DNA from: Octopus sinensis
Lineage: Eukaryota
Assembly: GCF_006345805.1 (NCBI RefSeq)
Contig: NC_043005.1
Coordinates: 91,326,001-91,390,000 of the forward strand
Direction: 5' to 3'
Length of the DNA stretch: 64,000 bases
Position 1 is the first letter of the stretch. Each line of letters starts with the position of its first letter. Shown here in pieces: positions 60,043 through 64,000 of the stretch. A model generated the notes under the pieces. That model was not told the DNA's origin. It saw only the letters and a list, made by a program, of their open reading frames with translations, and did not search any database. Position numbers and translations under genes: made by a program.

Positions 60043-61696
60043 CTAGCTTGTGTACCCGGTAATTCCTGGAGGTAAAGATGTTCTATTGAAACACCTTATT
60101 AATTAGTTAGTTAGTTAATTTTTTGGCTCAAAAAGCTAAAAGCAAGGCCATGTAGGGGGACATGGAGTTATGTACAGGGTGGTGTTCATGTAAAAAGTTC
60201 AAGCCACTTGAGGTCAAGGGAGACTTTGAACAAAGCGGTCATCGGCATCTTTACCATCTTGTCTGGCAGCTTGTTCCACGGATCTGCAACCCGGACAGAG
60301 AAAGCCCCTCTCCTTCGATTGAGATGAAATCGTCGCAGATAGAGCTTTTTGGAATGACCCCGCAGCCGCCGCTCTGGAGCAGGAGTGAAGAACAGCTCTT
60401 TTGAGAGGTTACACTTTCCACTTATGATGTTGTGAGCGAGAATGAGATCACCACGGCAGCGGCGTTTTTCTAGAGAATAAAGGTCAAGCGTCTTCAGCCT
60501 TTCTTCATAAGACAAATTCTTAAGACCATGAACCATTTGGGTAGCCAGCTTCTAGACTCTTACGAGATGCTGTATGTCTTTGAGGAGATAAGGAGAAGAG
60601 GCTTGAATCCCGTACTCCAATATGGGTCCAATATTACTCTGATATACGAAAGCTATTTCGTTTTAACTGCCACAAAAGTATATTTTCCATCATGAAAAGT
60701 ACAAAAACTGTCAGCTGGAGGAGGGAGAGATTGTTGGAGGTTGGCGAGAAAGATTGTCGGAGGTTGGCAAGAGAAAAAGACATTATTCTGCTTAGCGAAG
60801 GCATCTGGGAAATGTATAACTGCTGTCATTCACAGTAAAACTATTGTTTTACCTTGAGAAAAGCACTGTTGAAGTGTTAAGTGAATTTGGCAATCAAGGA
60901 TCGAATCCATACTATGCCTGCATGAAGCCACTCTAAATATGTTGTGGAATAAAAAATTTATCTACTTTCATGGAAAAAGTGTAACTGTAAAATGGAGAAT
61001 TATCGGAGTAGTGGGCATTCAAAAAAGTATGTATGTATAGAAATGTATGAATGAAGTCTTTAATGTTTCAGATTCAAATTAAGGAAATGCAATAATAATG
61101 TTTAGCAGTTCAAAACTGTGAATAGTGAAATGCAGAATTAGGTCGGCTGATCGTAAAAAAATTGATCGCTTCGCTAAAATCTGCAGGTGGTATGGGTTAT
61201 TTCCCTTGAGTTTAAATAAAATATTAGTTATATTTAGTGGATAGAATGATCCATTGGTATTATCGATTTTTTTTTTTTAACAGTCTAAGTATGTCACAAG
61301 GTTTCCAGACACGAGTTCTCATGTGTCAAATAAAGTATAAAAGTGATATTGTCTGCAAAAAACTAGAAATAGGACACACACAAATTCAATATTCCAAGTA
61401 ATCAAGCATAAACAATGAAATGGGTTATTTCCCTTGAGTGTTTAAAAGATATTGTACATGTGCTATAGGTTATTTCCCTTGGGTGTTTAAAAAAATTAGT
61501 TATATGAGGTAGATATAAAGGTCCCTTCCAGGGGCCATATTATCAATTTTTTCGACAATCTAAGTATGTCACGAGGTTTCCAGACGCGAGTTCCACTCAC
61601 ATGTCAAGTTTCATCAAAATCAATAAAACGATGTAGAAGGAGTTAGCTAACAACGCCACAAACAAACGCACACCGATTTTCCACAGATATAGTAGA
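60043..61696 (-). mobile_element. Helitron-like element (about 1.65 kb) containing a CR1 fragment
   Basis: Minus-strand 5' end A|TCTACTATATCTGTGG at 61696 with a (GTTT)-type repeat. 3' end has a degenerate hairpin (60056-60069) then CTAG|T at 60046-60043. Internal direct repeats: ggttatttcccttg three times and tctaagtatgtcac twice. Confidence 0.7.
60100..60662 (-). mobile_element. CR1-clade LINE 3' end (second family) with (TAAC)n tail
   Basis: PILEYGIQASSPYL...MVHGLKNLSYEERLKTLDLYSLEKRRCRGDLI...LRGHSKKL...FSVRVADPWNKLP. Confidence 0.9.
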
Positions 61697-62821
61697 TAAC
61701 AGATTCTGCAAAGGAAACCAGGTCACTGGCATATAAAGGTTCCTAAGGATTTCAATCATGAACAGCAAAGTTATTGCCTCAAATAGCTATAATGAATAAC
61801 TGAGGATTACAGAGTCTTTGCCAATCTTGATCTTGTTTATAACACCTTTATACATAATTTGAACAGCTCTCACAAGTTGTTTAGTTTTCTCATGGGTCAC
61901 CAGGTGACAGAACTTACCTCATTTCAATGTGTTCATAATTACTTTCAGGATTTCAACACAATTAAATCAGATGAGCCTTTTTAATTATTGTTATACTTTT
62001 GTCTTATGCTAACATGGTCTACTTCCTGGCTTCATTTTCTACTCTTCCCTTATTTATACAAACCACTTAGACATATTTTATTTCTGGGGTACATTTAACA
62101 TTTAGTTATCATCAGATAATACTTATCTATTTTACACCATTGTATACCACTCAAAAACAAACTTCGATGTCTTTCAATCTTGAGTCTCCTTGAATTTTTT
62201 CAAATTTCGTTTATCAAAGGCCACAATGTATCTAATGAGACTGACCATATTGTTTAGATTTAGTCTTTCTACTACCATTGTGCTGACTCAACTTAATGCT
62301 TAACACATGTCCTATTCTTATTTTCAGTTGAGTTGTTAGAGACAGGTAAGGCATTTCTATATCTGACTGACCATAGAAAAAATTTTAATATTAGACAGTT
62401 ATAGCAGGTTGGTCAATATAATCACCTATGCCTTTATACAAATGTTATAGCCTTATGCCCATGTTAGAAGTTATTATTATATAATATTTGAAGAGATGCT
62501 TATTCCATTATTTTGATATTAATAATTCATCACCTTAGAACTCATAAGTTCATCAGTCTATTTTGTATTATGTTCCTCTGTTCTCTTTTAGACTGACCCT
62601 TTTACTTGCTATGACAAATTAGCAGAGTCCTTAGGATGTTAGATATAATGCTTGGCAGTATTCTGATTCTGTGCTCTCTATTCAAATCCTGTCGTGGTTG
62701 GCTTTGCTTTTCATCTTTTCAAAGGTCAATGATATACCAATCCAAAGCCGAAGTGATAATGCATCAAATGAGATGCCTTACAGTATCTACTCTAGCTCTA
62801 TAGATTCTGAGTTCAAATCCT

Positions 62822-63625
62822 GCCCACTGCCATCAAGGGCATGGATGAACAGCTAACTTGGTCACCTTGGTAATGGAAGCTATCTACTACTTCAAAGGAT
62901 TCCTGCAGACATGTGAGGAAGTCTATTCTCTGTATATTCCTAGTGTCCGTTCTACCTGCACATCTGCCACAGACAAAGACTACTTTCTCAGTTAGCGTTC
63001 CCATGATACTGTTGCACTTATGTGTCCATAGCTTGCACTCGGTACACCATATTGAGTTTCTACCAACACCTTTCCTACATATCAATCAGGGCCATCTCCC
63101 TGAACAGATTTGAGCTTTGTCTGTTTTCGTACTTACTAGGACTTTGGTCTTAGCTGAATTAACTCTAAGGCCCTTAGATTTCAGTCCTTGCTTTCACACA
63201 TGAAATTTCCTCTTTTGGTCAGGTAGTGATTCAGCTATAAGAACAAGGTCATCATCATAGAGAAGCTCCCAAGGGAAACCAGTCTGAAATTCCTCTGTTA
63301 TGGCCTAGAGGGCTATGATAAACAAAGGGGTACTGAAAACTGGTCCCTGGTGGACCTCCTGTACACTAAATTCATCACTGTACTCATTGCCAACCTTCAC
63401 CTTACTGACAGCATCCTTGCAAATGGCTTTTACAGCTCTTACCAACCACACTACTATCCCTAGCTTTTGTATTGACCAGTTAAAGGCTTTCCCCAGGTCT
63501 ACAAAAGCCAAGTACAGAGGTTTGTTCTTGGCTAAATGCTTCTCTTCAATGCTAGCTGCCTTATCAGGAAGCTAACATCAGTAGTGCTTCTCCCTGGCAC
63601 AGAACAGAACTGCTTCTCATCCAGG
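62822..63625 (-). mobile_element. Decayed RTE LINE internal fragment (RT plus PHD)
   Basis: AFVDLGKAFN, VHQGPVFSTPLF and CRKGVGRNSIWCTECKLWTHK...CGRC, frameshifted. Confidence 0.88.
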
Positions 63626-64000
63626 CTAACTCACTTCCTTTTCATTTGAACTTTGACCCTTTCTTTAGTGATACTATAAGTGTTATTGTTGTTTTTATTT
63701 AGTCCCAAGCTGGGCTTCATCAAACAGACCTGTAATGAAAAGCAATTCGAGCTATCACTATTCCATCATATTTGCAGTAGTCTATCTCAGACTACATTAC
63801 CCAATGTGTCATTTTTTTTTTTTTAAAGATTTGACTGTTATTTCTAATCAGTTGGACAACCATTTAAATGTTCCCTAAGTAGTTCCTAAAATGCAGTGTA
63901 GTGTTGCATAACATTAGCAATGGTTGTACTGTCTCTTTCGATACACACACTCAAGCTCAACCATTGTAATTCTGACTTTTTTCTCTATATCTCCATACAT

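Noticed and set aside
19721-64000. Search for R-Ras2 exon 2 (SYFVTDYDPTIEDSYTKQC)
   Set aside because: I found no matching codon string by eye; it is presumed to lie beyond the window or in the gap, though a miss cannot be excluded.

Overview
AT-rich, microsatellite-dense animal DNA, most likely from an octopus or other coleoid cephalopod (inferred from the SINE/RTE repeat families and gene structure). Two host genes are supported, both on the + strand. The first is the last four coding exons of a mitochondrial glutamate carrier (SLC25A22/18-like, 1011-4965). The second is the first coding exon of an R-Ras2/TC21-like small GTPase (19616-19720). Its promoter region lies at about 18360-18710, and its first intron runs past the end of the window (>44 kb; I found no exon 2). 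The rest is largely transposon debris: many copies of an RTE-clade LINE with a PHD finger inside ORF2, CR1-clade LINEs (one with a CCCH-finger ORF1), a Hero/R2-group fragment, CORE- and Meta-type SINEs, Tc1 and mariner relics, Helitron-like elements, a Mutator-like MITE with a 9-bp TSD, and two Penelope-like remnants that each carry a recognisable but mutated minimal hammerhead ribozyme. There is a 1.7-kb TA-rich array and a 100-N assembly gap (58195-58294). No tRNA, rRNA or CRISPR loci are supported. All analysis was by eye; repeat boundaries are approximate and family names need database confirmation.
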